DNA of 64,000 nucleotides from Chloropicon primus (Eukaryota), in assembly GCA_023205875.1 (NCBI GenBank), contig CP060763.1, forward strand, positions 620,001 through 684,000, written 5' to 3'. A model generated the notes under the pieces. That model was not told the origin of the DNA and searched no databases. It saw only the letters and a list, made by a program, of their open reading frames with translations. Both the position numbers and the translations under genes were made by a program. Positions 34,621 through 44,651 of the stretch are shown here, one piece after another (position 1 is the first letter of the stretch; each line of letters begins with the position of its first letter).

Positions 34621-35859
34621 ATGAAGCTGACGAGTTGGCTGGCGGTCGCCTTGTGCGCTCTGGGGTGCGGTTTGGCCGCGCCTCTCTTGGAAGAGTTGAG
34701 TCCGGAGGCGAGGTACAGGGCAGCTGCTGCGCTCGGGTGCCTGGTGGTGGCCACACTCGCGTACTACGAGGGGGAGAGGTGGCTCGGGCAGGACTCGGGC
34801 GAGGGCGAGGAGGGAAGCAAAGTGCCGCAGGACCTGGGGGAGTTCATTGTGCGGGAGGAGGAGAAGTCGGACACCCCTGGGGACATTGACGGTTACGAGA
34901 ACGTGTACGACGTGAAGTCTGGAGGTTTCTCGCGGGTGAAGCAGGTCCGGCGGACGACGACAAAGGAGGTCTATGCCCTCAAGCTTACGAACATCCACAG
35001 GGCCTTTGACGAGGGCCAGGTCAGCCACACGCTGAATGAGAAGGAGATCTTGTCGTCCGTGGACCACCCGTTCATCGTGAAGCTGTACACGACCTTCAAG
35101 GACACGAACTACGTTTACTTTCTCCTCGAGTTTGTCGGAGGGGGGGAGCTCTTCGACGTGATCAAGAAGGAGAAGAAACTCAAGGTCGAGGCAGCAAAGT
35201 TCTACGCCGCGAACGTGATCGCTGCCCTTGAGTATCTCCACGGCAAGAAAATTGCCTTCAGGGATCTCAAGTCAGAGAACTTGCTGCTGGACAGGCAGGG
35301 CTACCTGAAAGTGATCGATTTCGGCATGTCGAGGTTTGTTCACGACAAGTGCCACACCTTTGCTGGGACTTTGGACTATGTCTCGCCAGAGTTGCTGTCG
35401 ATGGACCCTTACACGGAGCACGTGGATTGGTGGGCACTGGGGTGCTTGGTGTACGAGATGCTCACCGGCTCGACTCCATTCAAAGGCACGGAGGAGGAGA
35501 GACTGGAAGCCATGCGAGCCCACTCGATTCGTTTTGAGGACGACTTCGATCCTGTGGCGAGAGACCTCGTCGAGAGGCTCCTCCACCCCAAGTATTCCAA
35601 GAGGTTGGGAACGGGCAGCAACGCGGGAGTCCAGATAAGGAGTCACCCGTGGTTCAAGGGGTTTGATTGGGCTGCTCTGATGAAACGTCAGATGGATGCC
35701 CCAAAATTCGATAGCGGCATGCCGAAGCTCAGCTTGATCACTCCGAAGAAGCTTGTCACACGGTCGCTTTCTGTTCGCGCTGCAGTGGAGGCCGAACCAC
35801 CAGAGAGCCCTCGGACATACAGTCCGACCGCAATCGACACGTTCTTCAAGGGGTTCTAG
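34621..35859 (+). CDS. AGC-family (PKA/PKG-like) Ser/Thr kinase with hydrophobic N-terminus
   Basis: 'YALK', 'HPFIVKL', 'GGELF', 'RDLKSENLLLD', 'DFG', 'GTLDYVSPE', 'DWWALG', 'HPWF', C-terminal FxxF-like 'FFKGF*'. Confidence 0.9.
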   Translation: MKLTSWLAVALCALGCGLAAPLLEELSPEARYRAAAALGCLVVATLAYYEGERWLGQDSGEGEEGSKVPQDLGEFIVREEEKSDTPGDIDGYENVYDVKSGGFSRVKQVRRTTTKEVYALKLTNIHRAFDEGQVSHTLNEKEILSSVDHPFIVKLYTTFKDTNYVYFLLEFVGGGELFDVIKKEKKLKVEAAKFYAANVIAALEYLHGKKIAFRDLKSENLLLDRQGYLKVIDFGMSRFVHDKCHTFAGTLDYVSPELLSMDPYTEHVDWWALGCLVYEMLTGSTPFKGTEEERLEAMRAHSIRFEDDFDPVARDLVERLLHPKYSKRLGTGSNAGVQIRSHPWFKGFDWAALMKRQMDAPKFDSGMPKLSLITPKKLVTRSLSVRAAVEAEPPESPRTYSPTAIDTFFKGF

Positions 35860-35930
35860 GTTTGTCAAGGCCTTTCAGGGGAGAGCTGCCAGCGACGCAA
35901 AAGCGTTGGCAGCTTTTGTACATTTCCATA

Positions 35931-37586
35931 TTATAATATATTTAGAGCCGGACCCGCTTGCGTCACGCCCGACACCTCCATGGTCGCTCTGAGCGCCAGG
36001 CAGCCCTTTCTCAGCCTCGGATTCAGGCACGTTCTGCATTGCCCGCACCGCTTGGCCTTTGGCATCTTGGCCTTCGGCATTGGCTCGTGGAGACCCGCTT
36101 GCGTCACGTCCGGCACCTCCACGTCCGACACCTCCCTGGTGGCTCTGAGCGCCAGGCAGCCCTTTCTCAGCCTCGGATTCAGGCACGTTCTGCATTGCCC
36201 GCACCGCTTGGCCTTTGGCATCTTGGCCTTCGGCATTGGCTCGTGGAGACCCGCTTGCGTCACGCCCGGCACCTCCATGATGGCTCTGACAGTCAGGCAG
36301 GCCTTTCTCATCCTCGGATTCAGGCACGTTTTGCATTGCCCACATCGCTTGGCCTTTGGCATTCTCTTGTAGGAATCGATGCGGGTCCGCTTAATATAAA
36401 CGTTCCTGGGTTTCGGGCACCTCGCCTGTCCAAGGAAGTCCTTCCAGCCCCTCCATTCCTGTGAGTAGATCTTGTCAGGGTTTTCTGGAATTCCTCCTGG
36501 CATCTTGCAGTGCTTGCAATACGATGTCCACTCCTCCTTGTCCTTCAAGTCGAGCTCTCTCGCAAATTCCTTGGCCAGAAAGAAGGCCTGGTGCCTCTGG
36601 ACGGCAAGGAAGTCGCACCAACTAATCCAGTACTTGCTGTACACTTCATGGGGGTCCCGAGGCGATCCACCCTCGAGCTTGCCCTGGTCGTGCAGCCCAA
36701 GCCACGCGTGTGGGGTCTTCAGTTGAAGGCTCCTGGCGTAGTCCCTCAGGCGGAGCCAGGAGTGGAATTTCACATCCGTGTCTGGATTGATGAAGTCTTC
36801 GTAGGTGGTGAACCCCTCCTTCTTGTACACCGAACCCGGTATGGATGGAATGCAATCAGGCTTCCACTCGCTGCTCAGCCACGACTTGAGCTGGGAAACG
36901 GACGCGAACCGCATCGTCGAAGAAACGAATTTTTGGGCCGCCTCGTACGGCATCCACCTGTTTGTGAACGCCGTCTTGGCGTAGCGGCTAAGTTCAAGCT
37001 CCTCTTGAAGAAGGTCGTGCCACCTGACATCACCGTCCTCGTACGAAATCAGGTGCTTCATGGTAACGGGATTGTATTCGGTGACCGTGCCGTAGAGAAA
37101 ATGGCCTTCCCTGCTCTGCGAATTCTTTCGAAAGAACACGCCGATCGCGCCTTCGCCGCAAGGCCGCGTCCCCGCCCTTGCCCTCTTCCGGCCTCGTGCG
37201 CCACCGCCGCAGTTGTTGCAGACCACCCCGCCGATCGCGTTTGGCCGCTTGTCCTTCCCCCAAATGCAAGTTCGCGTCGTGCCGCACATGCCACACGCCA
37301 GGGACCCGCCCCCACTTCCGGCCGGCGCCTCTGCCCGCTCGTGCTTCCTCTTCCTCTCCTTCGGTGCTGCCTCCCCAGACTCTGTCTTCGACCCGCGGCT
37401 CGCCGCCTCGGACGAGGGGGCCACACCGCTCTGCTCTCGGGCCCGATGCTTCCCCTCGCACAGCTTCGATCCACGGCCGGCGCCCTCCGCGTCGCCAGCC
37501 TTCTTCAGCTGCCGCGGCCCCTCCACCACTTTCCTCCACTCGTCCGCGAGTCTGGGCTGGGGACCCCTGTGCCTCTCCTCGGACAT
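35931..37586 (-). CDS. Multidomain putative chromatin/DNA-binding protein (GATA-like Zn finger, Tudor-like, 3 integrase-repeat-like units, 3 CXXC-like repeats)
   Basis: CGMC-x21-CNNC; 'GTVTEY...HLISYEDGDVRWHDL'; three W/F-x-Y/F...P-x-x-P-x-x-x-Y...W..W.DFL units; three KRCGQCxTCLNPRxRKxC units. Confidence 0.75.
   Translation of the reverse strand: MSEERHRGPQPRLADEWRKVVEGPRQLKKAGDAEGAGRGSKLCEGKHRAREQSGVAPSSEAASRGSKTESGEAAPKERKRKHERAEAPAGSGGGSLACGMCGTTRTCIWGKDKRPNAIGGVVCNNCGGGARGRKRARAGTRPCGEGAIGVFFRKNSQSREGHFLYGTVTEYNPVTMKHLISYEDGDVRWHDLLQEELELSRYAKTAFTNRWMPYEAAQKFVSSTMRFASVSQLKSWLSSEWKPDCIPSIPGSVYKKEGFTTYEDFINPDTDVKFHSWLRLRDYARSLQLKTPHAWLGLHDQGKLEGGSPRDPHEVYSKYWISWCDFLAVQRHQAFFLAKEFARELDLKDKEEWTSYCKHCKMPGGIPENPDKIYSQEWRGWKDFLGQARCPKPRNVYIKRTRIDSYKRMPKAKRCGQCKTCLNPRMRKACLTVRAIMEVPGVTQAGLHEPMPKAKMPKAKRCGQCRTCLNPRLRKGCLALRATREVSDVEVPDVTQAGLHEPMPKAKMPKAKRCGQCRTCLNPRLRKGCLALRATMEVSGVTQAGPALNIL
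35951..36362. repeat. Coding tandem triplication (141/156-bp units)
   Basis: Anchor gacccgcttgcgtcacg recurs at 35951, 36092 and 36248; the units are near-identical at DNA level. Confidence 0.95.
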
Positions 37587-37829
37587 CCTCACGCCATGCG
37601 AGCGCGAGCGCGCGCGCGTGCCGAAACAAAAAAGATAAAAACTTCCAGCGGGCAAGGGATAAAGTGACCAAAGCGAGTCACCGGGCCTCCCTCGCCAAGG
37701 TGCGACCGCGCTCCTCTCTCTCTATCGGCCTCGCTCGCTGCCTCGTCAACCTCGCTCGTCGACGAGACGGGGTCGCATCGAAAACGCCCGTTACAGAAAT
37801 GGGAATATTTTTTTTCCTGAAAAGTCCAA

Positions 37830-40786
37830 TCACCTTGCGATCTTATAGTAGGCGTTGAGACCTTCGATGCCGCGAAGGAGTTGAGAAAGGTGGACGGCAC
37901 CGTGCCCGAGCCTCACCTTGGAGCCCAAGACGGTGAGCAGGAACTTGACCGAGTCCAGGAACTCCTCCCTGAGTCTCGCCAGCGTCTGCTCCGTGCTGTC
38001 CCCTCGGTGACGCGGTTCGTGGCTGAGAGAGAGAGAGAGAGGAGGAAAGTGTCAGTGGCGGGCCCGTCGTGTCGGTCGGTGCCCAAACGCTTTTCTTACC
38101 ATTGGCAAAACTCCAGAGCGATGCCGAGGCACTTTAAAACGGTGCGGCGCTCGACGAGGCACTTGGCCAGTGCCTTGGAGAGGAAGGTGTCGTGGGCCCT
38201 CCTCAGTCCGCTGAGAGTCCTCTCAGTGGAGAGCCCCCTGCAGGCTTCCTCCCAATCGGATGCCAGGACCTGGTAAATGTACTGGTGCAACGCGCTGGCG
38301 AAGTGAGAGAGCTCGTGCCTGAAGAAAGCGTCGCCCTGGCCCCAAACCTTCCGCAAGTGGTGCTTCGCCCTGAGTATCATCGACACCGTGTGAAAGATTT
38401 GGTTGTAGTGCGAGACCGCGTCTTCGTCCACGAACAGGTTCAGGGGCCAGTGGGCGTCGTAGTCGATCGCAAGGGACTGGGACCACCTGTTCGTGACCTT
38501 CTCCTCGCCTTGCGAGTCCGCCACGCGGAGCCTCATGCTTTCTAGAATGTCCGGTCCCGGTCCCACGGTGCTCCTCACGGGGGTGGGCGCCTCCTCGATG
38601 GGGAAGAAGTCCAGGTCTGGGTCCCCGCTCGCCATCTTGTCGAAAGCTGCCTTCATGGAGTCCCCCATGACGTCGGCTGAGCCCAGGAAGACGTCCTTCA
38701 GAAGGTCGAGCTCGTCCAGCAAGCGGTAGTCCTCCCTCAGGCTCTGCATAAGCCTCTGCTCGATGGCCTGGCAATGCTCTTGAACAGGGCCGAGCAGCTG
38801 CAGCTGCAGGAGCTCCTGCGGGGGGCAAAGGCCACTTAGGACTTCGTCCTCCTCTGCTCCCTTGTGACTCTCCTCACGGCTGGTTCGCAATTCGTATTTT
38901 GTGCTCAATCTGCGCCCGAACAGAGCGGCGTGAAGCTCTCCGAGGAGCTCCTTGCTTGGTCCAAGGGACTCCATCTCGTCTGGGAGCGCGCCCAAGATCG
39001 AGTTGGGGCTGGTCGAACCAGCAGGGATCTCCGGAACTCTATAAGCCTCCCGAAACTCCTCGATCATCCGCCTTGAAGAAGGCGCGTCCCGGGGCCTGTC
39101 CTGGCCACCGCTGTACGAGGCCGCTCCTCCTTTGGACGCGATGTTGCACGCGAGAGACACCTCCTCCAGCAGTGGGATGGCAAGGCCTCTCTTTTCGTGC
39201 CATCTCTCCTTCCCCTTCTTCAGCGAGGCCTCGAGCTGATCAAGGACGTTCAGCGCTTTCCCGGAGAGCAGAATGGTCTCGGCCTGAGCCAACAGAAAGG
39301 AAGGGACTGCAGCGCGATCAGATTCCTTCTCCCGCCTGATTTTGTGGCCCTCCCGCCAAAAGGAAGCCGATGCTACCTTTACCCCCGAGGAGACTCGGAC
39401 GAAAAACTCTCCAGCGGGATCCGATACCCTGCCCTCCGTGAGGTACGTTGACAGCTGCCGCAGGTACGGCTGCGCTGTGGATTTGAAGACCGTGTAGAGG
39501 ACCTTGTTGAAGTCAAACGAACCATCCAAGGAAACGTCCAGATCGGAGCGAAACCAGAGGTCCTGAAGCTTTGAGAGGACGTTGGCTGCAACAACGCAAG
39601 CCTTCTGTGACCTCATTGGCTTGTCTAAGGACGAAGTCACCTCCTTCAACACGTACTCCAAGTGCTTGACCACATGAATCTGGGAGTCCAGCTCGTGTGC
39701 AAACTCAAGGAGGGTGATCGCCTCGCCGGAAAGGACGTGCTTCTCCATACCAAGCAACCAAGAAAAGTACTTGTCCATTTGGGCGCTAACGCTGGCGATG
39801 AAGGCCGAGAGGGTGGGGACGGCTAAGCCTCCTTCGCCCTCGTGGCCAGAGATCTCAGCCTTGAGATCACTCACCCTCCCCGCCAGCTCACAAACCGCTT
39901 CCCGAGTCGACCTCTTCAAGTGGGCATGGTCTTCCCCGCCAAGCTCGCTGAGCGGATCTCCCACCGCAACCCAGTCGACACGCCCTTGAAGCATCAGCAA
40001 ATACTGCCTGATCGTGTACCTCTCCGAAGCCTCAGCCGCAAGTCTCACATCAACCAGGACCTCGGGGTCTTCGATACCCCGGTGCGCGCACCCCAGCGCT
40101 TGGGTTGTCGCCGTCACGCCCCCAGGCCGACTCAAGTCCTTGGAGAGCTCCCTCCCCCCTTCTTCCTCAGCAAACTGGTCGCCTTGCTCCCAGGTGCCAT
40201 CGTCGTCGTCGCTCCAGTCGGAAAGAGAGGAGCTGCTCTCGCACAAGTCTATCTCGTCCTGAACAGACCACCTCTCCCCTGCCTCCAAAGAAGCAGACAC
40301 CTCTGCTTTTGCCTCCGCCCGCCCTTGGGTGGCGACGACCTCGCTCGGCGAGTCCTCTGGCGTGCTTGCGTTCACTGGGTTCCCCGAAAGCCAGTACAAG
40401 AGCGACAAGATCCGATGGTTCGCATCCCTCACGAGTGGCCCTCCTTCAGCAGCCCCATCCACAACGTCAGCCTTCAGCAGCCTCTCCTTCGCTTCCACGA
40501 GCTTCTTCTGCTTTATCAAGCACGCGTTCAGCTCTAGCCGCTTCTCCAGCGTCGCGTAGAGCTCCTCCACCGTCTGCGGGTCCACGTCAAGGAAGGAGTG
40601 GTGATCGCAGTTGTACAAAGCAAACTCCAGCGCGATGTCAAAGTTCTCGTTCTCCACCTTCTCCTCCCTTCGAAATCCGGTCGTCTTCTCCACCAGCGCG
40701 GACAAAAGCTGAATCCTTCGTTGGCGAACTTCCGCACCGAGGGAAGAGAGCGTCCCAGACAGCGCCGACACCGAAGACGACGCCAT
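37830..40786 (-). CDS. GCP5: Gamma-tubulin complex component 5 (exons 40786-38100, 38022-37830)
   Basis: GCP5-type N-terminus 'ENFDIALEFALYNCDHHSFLDVD', 'DPAGEFFV', 'ILLSGKAL', 'YDAHWPL'. Phase-2 intron 38099-38023 (GTAAG...TCTCAG) yields C-terminus 'EEFLDSVKFLLTVL...HLSQLL...*'. Confidence 0.85.
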
Positions 40787-41042
40787 GGTGTTGGTTGATC
40801 CCCTCCACCTTGATTCCTCTCCTCTCTGCCTCCCTCTCCAAACGACTCCGTTCGCCAATCCCTTCGACCAAGGTATCAATCTCAAGCTCGTGAGACGCGC
40901 CTTCGATCTGAAACCTGTCCTCTCCCTTGCAAAGACGCGCCTTCGCTCGCGCAACAAGTCTCTTCCTCTTCCTCTCCCTCTCTCTCCTCGCGCGCGACAG
41001 CCGAGGAGGTGACACAAAAAAAGAGAATCGCGCGCCAAACGA

Positions 41043-41100
41043 GGAGAGGAAGAGGAGAGGAGAGAGGAGAGAGGAGAGGAGAGAGGAGAGAGGAGAGGGG
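41043..41100. repeat. (GAGAG)n purine pentamer repeat in the GCP5/YIPF divergent intergenic region
   Basis: Direct repeats of ggaga/gagag. Confidence 0.85.
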
Positions 41101-41361
41101 AAGGAGGCGTTGGGAGAGACGGAAGCACGGGTCTTCCTCTTTCGTTCGAGTGGAAGGACTGTCTTCCGCTTTTGAAAAGAGGCGAGGGCTTGGCGAGGAA
41201 GGACACGGAACCGGATCCAACAAGGGAAGGGACGAGGACGAGGACGAGGACGAGGAGGGAGAAGGGAGGGAAGGGACGACGACGGGGCGACGGCGTTTGG
41301 TTTGGTTTGGTTAAGTCTGCATTCGATTCGACTCGATTGAATCGCTTTCGTTTGGACGAAA

Positions 41362-41602
41362 ATGACTTCGAAGGGCGATGAAATAAACGTGAACTTGATG
41401 GATATGCAAGAGGGACCCTCGAGCTCGGTGATGGAGGATCCCTTCGCGCAGCTCGGGGATTTGGACGAGGGCGGGTGGGGATCCATGGATCCGGGATTGG
41501 ATGCGGCGGGCGCGAGTGTTCCAGAGGAGAGCCCCTTCGTGTCGCTCGACCAGGGCGCGGGACAGATGGGGCCGGGTCCAGTGCCTCTGCCCGACCTCAG
41601 TG

Positions 41603-41634
<32 letters not shown>

Positions 41635-42369
41635 GCGGGTGCGGACCCTTTCGCGTCCTCAAACGACGTCGAGGTCAACCTACTGATGGACTCTGCGCCA
41701 GGTGGTGGAAGCGGAGACGACGGGAACAAGGCAGAGAACAAGGGCAGCGATGACAAGGCCAAAGTGACGTGGAACCCCCTGGTTTTCCTGAAGAACAGGT
41801 TGGAGCCTTACTTTGACGTGGACACGGACGATATCGTGCAGAGAACCTTGCAAGCCATCGTGAAGGGTTACAAGGGAAAATTCACTGAATTCACCGCGGA
41901 CAAGCCTGATTTGTACGGCCCTTTCTGGATCGCAACGACGCTTATCGTGGTGAGCTCGGCCTCCGGAAGCTTTGCGCAGTACCTGAGCGGGGTGAGCAAG
42001 AACGACATGGACAAAGTCACTGCGTCGGCCTTCTTCTTCTATGGGTACGTCACCCTGCTGCCCTTGGCGATCTGGGGGCTGCTGATCTACCACAAGAAGC
42101 CCATGAGGTTGCTGAACATCGTTGACGTGTACGGGTACGCCATGTCCGTCTTCATTCCAACGGCCATCCTGTGCACCGTGCCGAACACGATCATGAGGTG
42201 GTCCCTGATTCTGCTAGCTGCGGCCGTGTCTGGGCTTTCCATAGTGATGAACGTGAAGCAGAATTTCATGGAGGCTCTCCAGGGCAAGGGGGCGCTCTAT
42301 CTTTCAGGAATCGCCGCGATCCACTTGGGCCTCGCGATAGGCTTGAAGTTTTACTTCTTCTTGTACTGA
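41362..42369 (+). CDS. YIPF1: Yip1-domain protein (YIPF1/2-like)
   Basis: 'PYFDVDTDDI', 'PDLYGPFWIATTL', 'YGYAMSVFIP', 'HLGLAIGLKFYFF'; poly-Thr (ACG)n in the N-terminus. Confidence 0.88.
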
Positions 42370-42435
42370 TCTGACTTGATGACCAAGAGCTTTTAAACAC
42401 ACACGCATAATGATATCCTGCAAAAAGGTCTTTAA

Positions 42436-44310
42436 TTATTTGCTCCCCTTTCTGAACTCGACGCTCCTCCTGCCGGAGGACCTGGACAAGCTCGACCCGC
42501 CCCCAGCCGCGCTCATGAAGCCTTGCTTGCCGATGGACGAGAGGGTGTCCTTCTTCCTGCCCCCTCTCACGTCCCCAATCAGGCCCTCCAAATCAAACGG
42601 ATCCTCCTCCTGCTTCTCCTGCTTCTCCCTCTCAAACTGCACGGGGCCGCCGACTCTGGAGCCACCCCTCGCGCTAGCACCAGCTCCTCCCTCCGCACCA
42701 GCAAAGCCCTTGTCGGCCTTGAACCTCTCCGTCCTGATGGCAGCCTCCATCTCCTCCTGGCCGTACAGCTCGTCGTCGTTGCTTTGCTTTGGCCTGTAAA
42801 TCGTGGAGCCTCTGTCCGCAAACAGGGGCTTGTCGTAGATGTTGTACGTGTCGTCATTCGCCAGCCCGCTAGACATCCCGCGGTCTTGGTTGAAGAGCCT
42901 CTGGTCGTAGAGCGCCTCTCCGTTCCCGGTGGAAGGTCCCACTGAGGCCTGGCCCAAGGCAACCTTCTCGGAAATGTCCCTGTCCCTGTCCCTGGTGAGC
43001 TTGGATTTCTTAAACCCGTGCCTCTGCCTCTCCTCGAGCCTTCTCTCCCGCTCCCTCTCCCTCCTCCTCTCCTCGCGGAGCTCCTCCCTCTTTAGCCTCA
43101 GCTCCCTCTCGTGAGCTGCCTCAGGCTCATCGCCCGCCTCAAGGCCTGGAGCCCCGAAGCCGCCGTCGACGGCGGGGGCTTCCTCAGCGCGGGGCTCGTA
43201 GGATGGGCCATCGCCCAGCTCCCTCCTTGGGGGAGCGACCTCCCCGCCCGGTGGACCGTCATAGCTTGGCCCCTGGCCGACGAGGCCCGTCCTCTCCATC
43301 CTCGCCTTCTGCGCCAACTGCCTCAGCTGGTCCTCCTTCTTGGACTTCTCCTTGGCCAGGATCTCCTTCTGGATCTTGCTCCTCATCTCGATGGCTTCCC
43401 TCGCCTTGCCCTCCGCCACGTACAGAGCCTCGCTCAGCTTGGCAAAGTTGTCGTTGATGGCAACCTCCTGCAGACCCCTGCCGTCCGCCGCGAGCCTCTT
43501 GTCCAGGGGAATCGTGTAGCCCTTCCTGTTCTTCCAGTTCGAGATGCACGGCGGGATCTTCCAGTCCTCCTGGTCCTGCTGCGTCAGCTTGCGTGGGGGG
43601 GAGTGCATCACGGGGACGGGAGGGGACCCCGGACCGCGAGGAATCCTCTTGTGCTTGAACTTGGGCGGCTCCAAAGGGTCCACGTGCGCCTCGGAGATGC
43701 GAATCACCCTCTGGCTCGCACCAGACATGCCGTTTGCGGGGGTGTACTTGACGTATTTGGGGTCCCCGGGTCGTGGGGCGATGCTCTTGGGCTGGGCGGC
43801 CGACAACACGGTGTCCACCTTCCCCTGGAGAGCTTGCATGGTCCTCCTCGCGGTCTCCTCCTCCTCCTCCTGGCTCGGCTTCTGCAAACTCAGGCCGCCA
43901 CTACCCGGCAAGGTAGGAACCAGGCACTTGTGGTCCGAGTACACAGTCTTGCCGCGGTTCTCGCCCTGGCGGTGCAGTGCGCCATAGTCCACCTCCCCCC
44001 CGCTGGTCGTGTTGAGAGCCAGCGTCTGGTCCCTCCGGGCCACGCCACCGCCACCACCCTTCTTCCCCATGTTCCGCGGATACTGCGCCACGTGTATCTC
44101 CGGGTACGCCCCTCCGTCGCCATAGTCCCCCACCCTCCTCGGCACGAACCCTGTCCTCTCCCTCTCCCCGTAACCCGGCACTCTCCCTCCTGACGGCCTC
44201 CCTTCCTGTGTCCCTCCGCCTCCTCCTCCTCCTCGCCCTTCCCCCGCCTCCTCCTCCTTCCTCGTTGCCGCGTTCACCGGCGCCGGAAGCCCGTCGAATA
44301 ACGACGCCAT
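42436..44310 (-). CDS. SNW1: SNW/SKI-interacting protein (Prp45)
   Basis: 'DYGDGGAYPEIHVAQYP', 'DPLEPPKF', 'PVMHSPPRK', 'IPPCISNWKNRKGYTIPLDKRL', 'YDQRLFNQ'. Confidence 0.97.
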   Translation of the reverse strand: MASLFDGLPAPVNAATRKEEEAGEGRGGGGGGGTQEGRPSGGRVPGYGERERTGFVPRRVGDYGDGGAYPEIHVAQYPRNMGKKGGGGGVARRDQTLALNTTSGGEVDYGALHRQGENRGKTVYSDHKCLVPTLPGSGGLSLQKPSQEEEEETARRTMQALQGKVDTVLSAAQPKSIAPRPGDPKYVKYTPANGMSGASQRVIRISEAHVDPLEPPKFKHKRIPRGPGSPPVPVMHSPPRKLTQQDQEDWKIPPCISNWKNRKGYTIPLDKRLAADGRGLQEVAINDNFAKLSEALYVAEGKAREAIEMRSKIQKEILAKEKSKKEDQLRQLAQKARMERTGLVGQGPSYDGPPGGEVAPPRRELGDGPSYEPRAEEAPAVDGGFGAPGLEAGDEPEAAHERELRLKREELREERRRERERERRLEERQRHGFKKSKLTRDRDRDISEKVALGQASVGPSTGNGEALYDQRLFNQDRGMSSGLANDDTYNIYDKPLFADRGSTIYRPKQSNDDELYGQEEMEAAIRTERFKADKGFAGAEGGAGASARGGSRVGGPVQFEREKQEKQEEDPFDLEGLIGDVRGGRKKDTLSSIGKQGFMSAAGGGSSLSRSSGRRSVEFRKGSK

Positions 44311-44651
44311 CCTCTCTCCCTCCCTCTCGCTCTCGCCCCCTCTCGCTCTCGCCCCCTCTCGCTCGCTCGCTCTCCGTCGCCGCTCCGGCGCTCTACTGGC
44401 TGACGGGCGAAGAGCCAAGGGAGGGAGACCACGGCGCGGCGCGGGGCGTGGAAGGTGTCCAGGGGGAAGGGAGGACGCGTGAAGGGGCAGAGCCGGACGA
44501 AAACGGGTGAGGCATCTTCAGGCCTTTCCATCGGTACCGCCACATCGGGGGGAGGCACTGGTGAAGGGATTGGAAACGGAGATGGATGGATCGATTGAAC
44601 GATTGAACGATTGAACTGATTGTGTGAAGTGAGGGGAGAGGAGGGGGGGGT

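Noticed and set aside
36430..36960. Integrase-repeat-like units as evidence of a mobile element
   Set aside because: No catalytic integrase or transposase domain, terminal repeats or target-site duplication; the gene is embedded among host genes.
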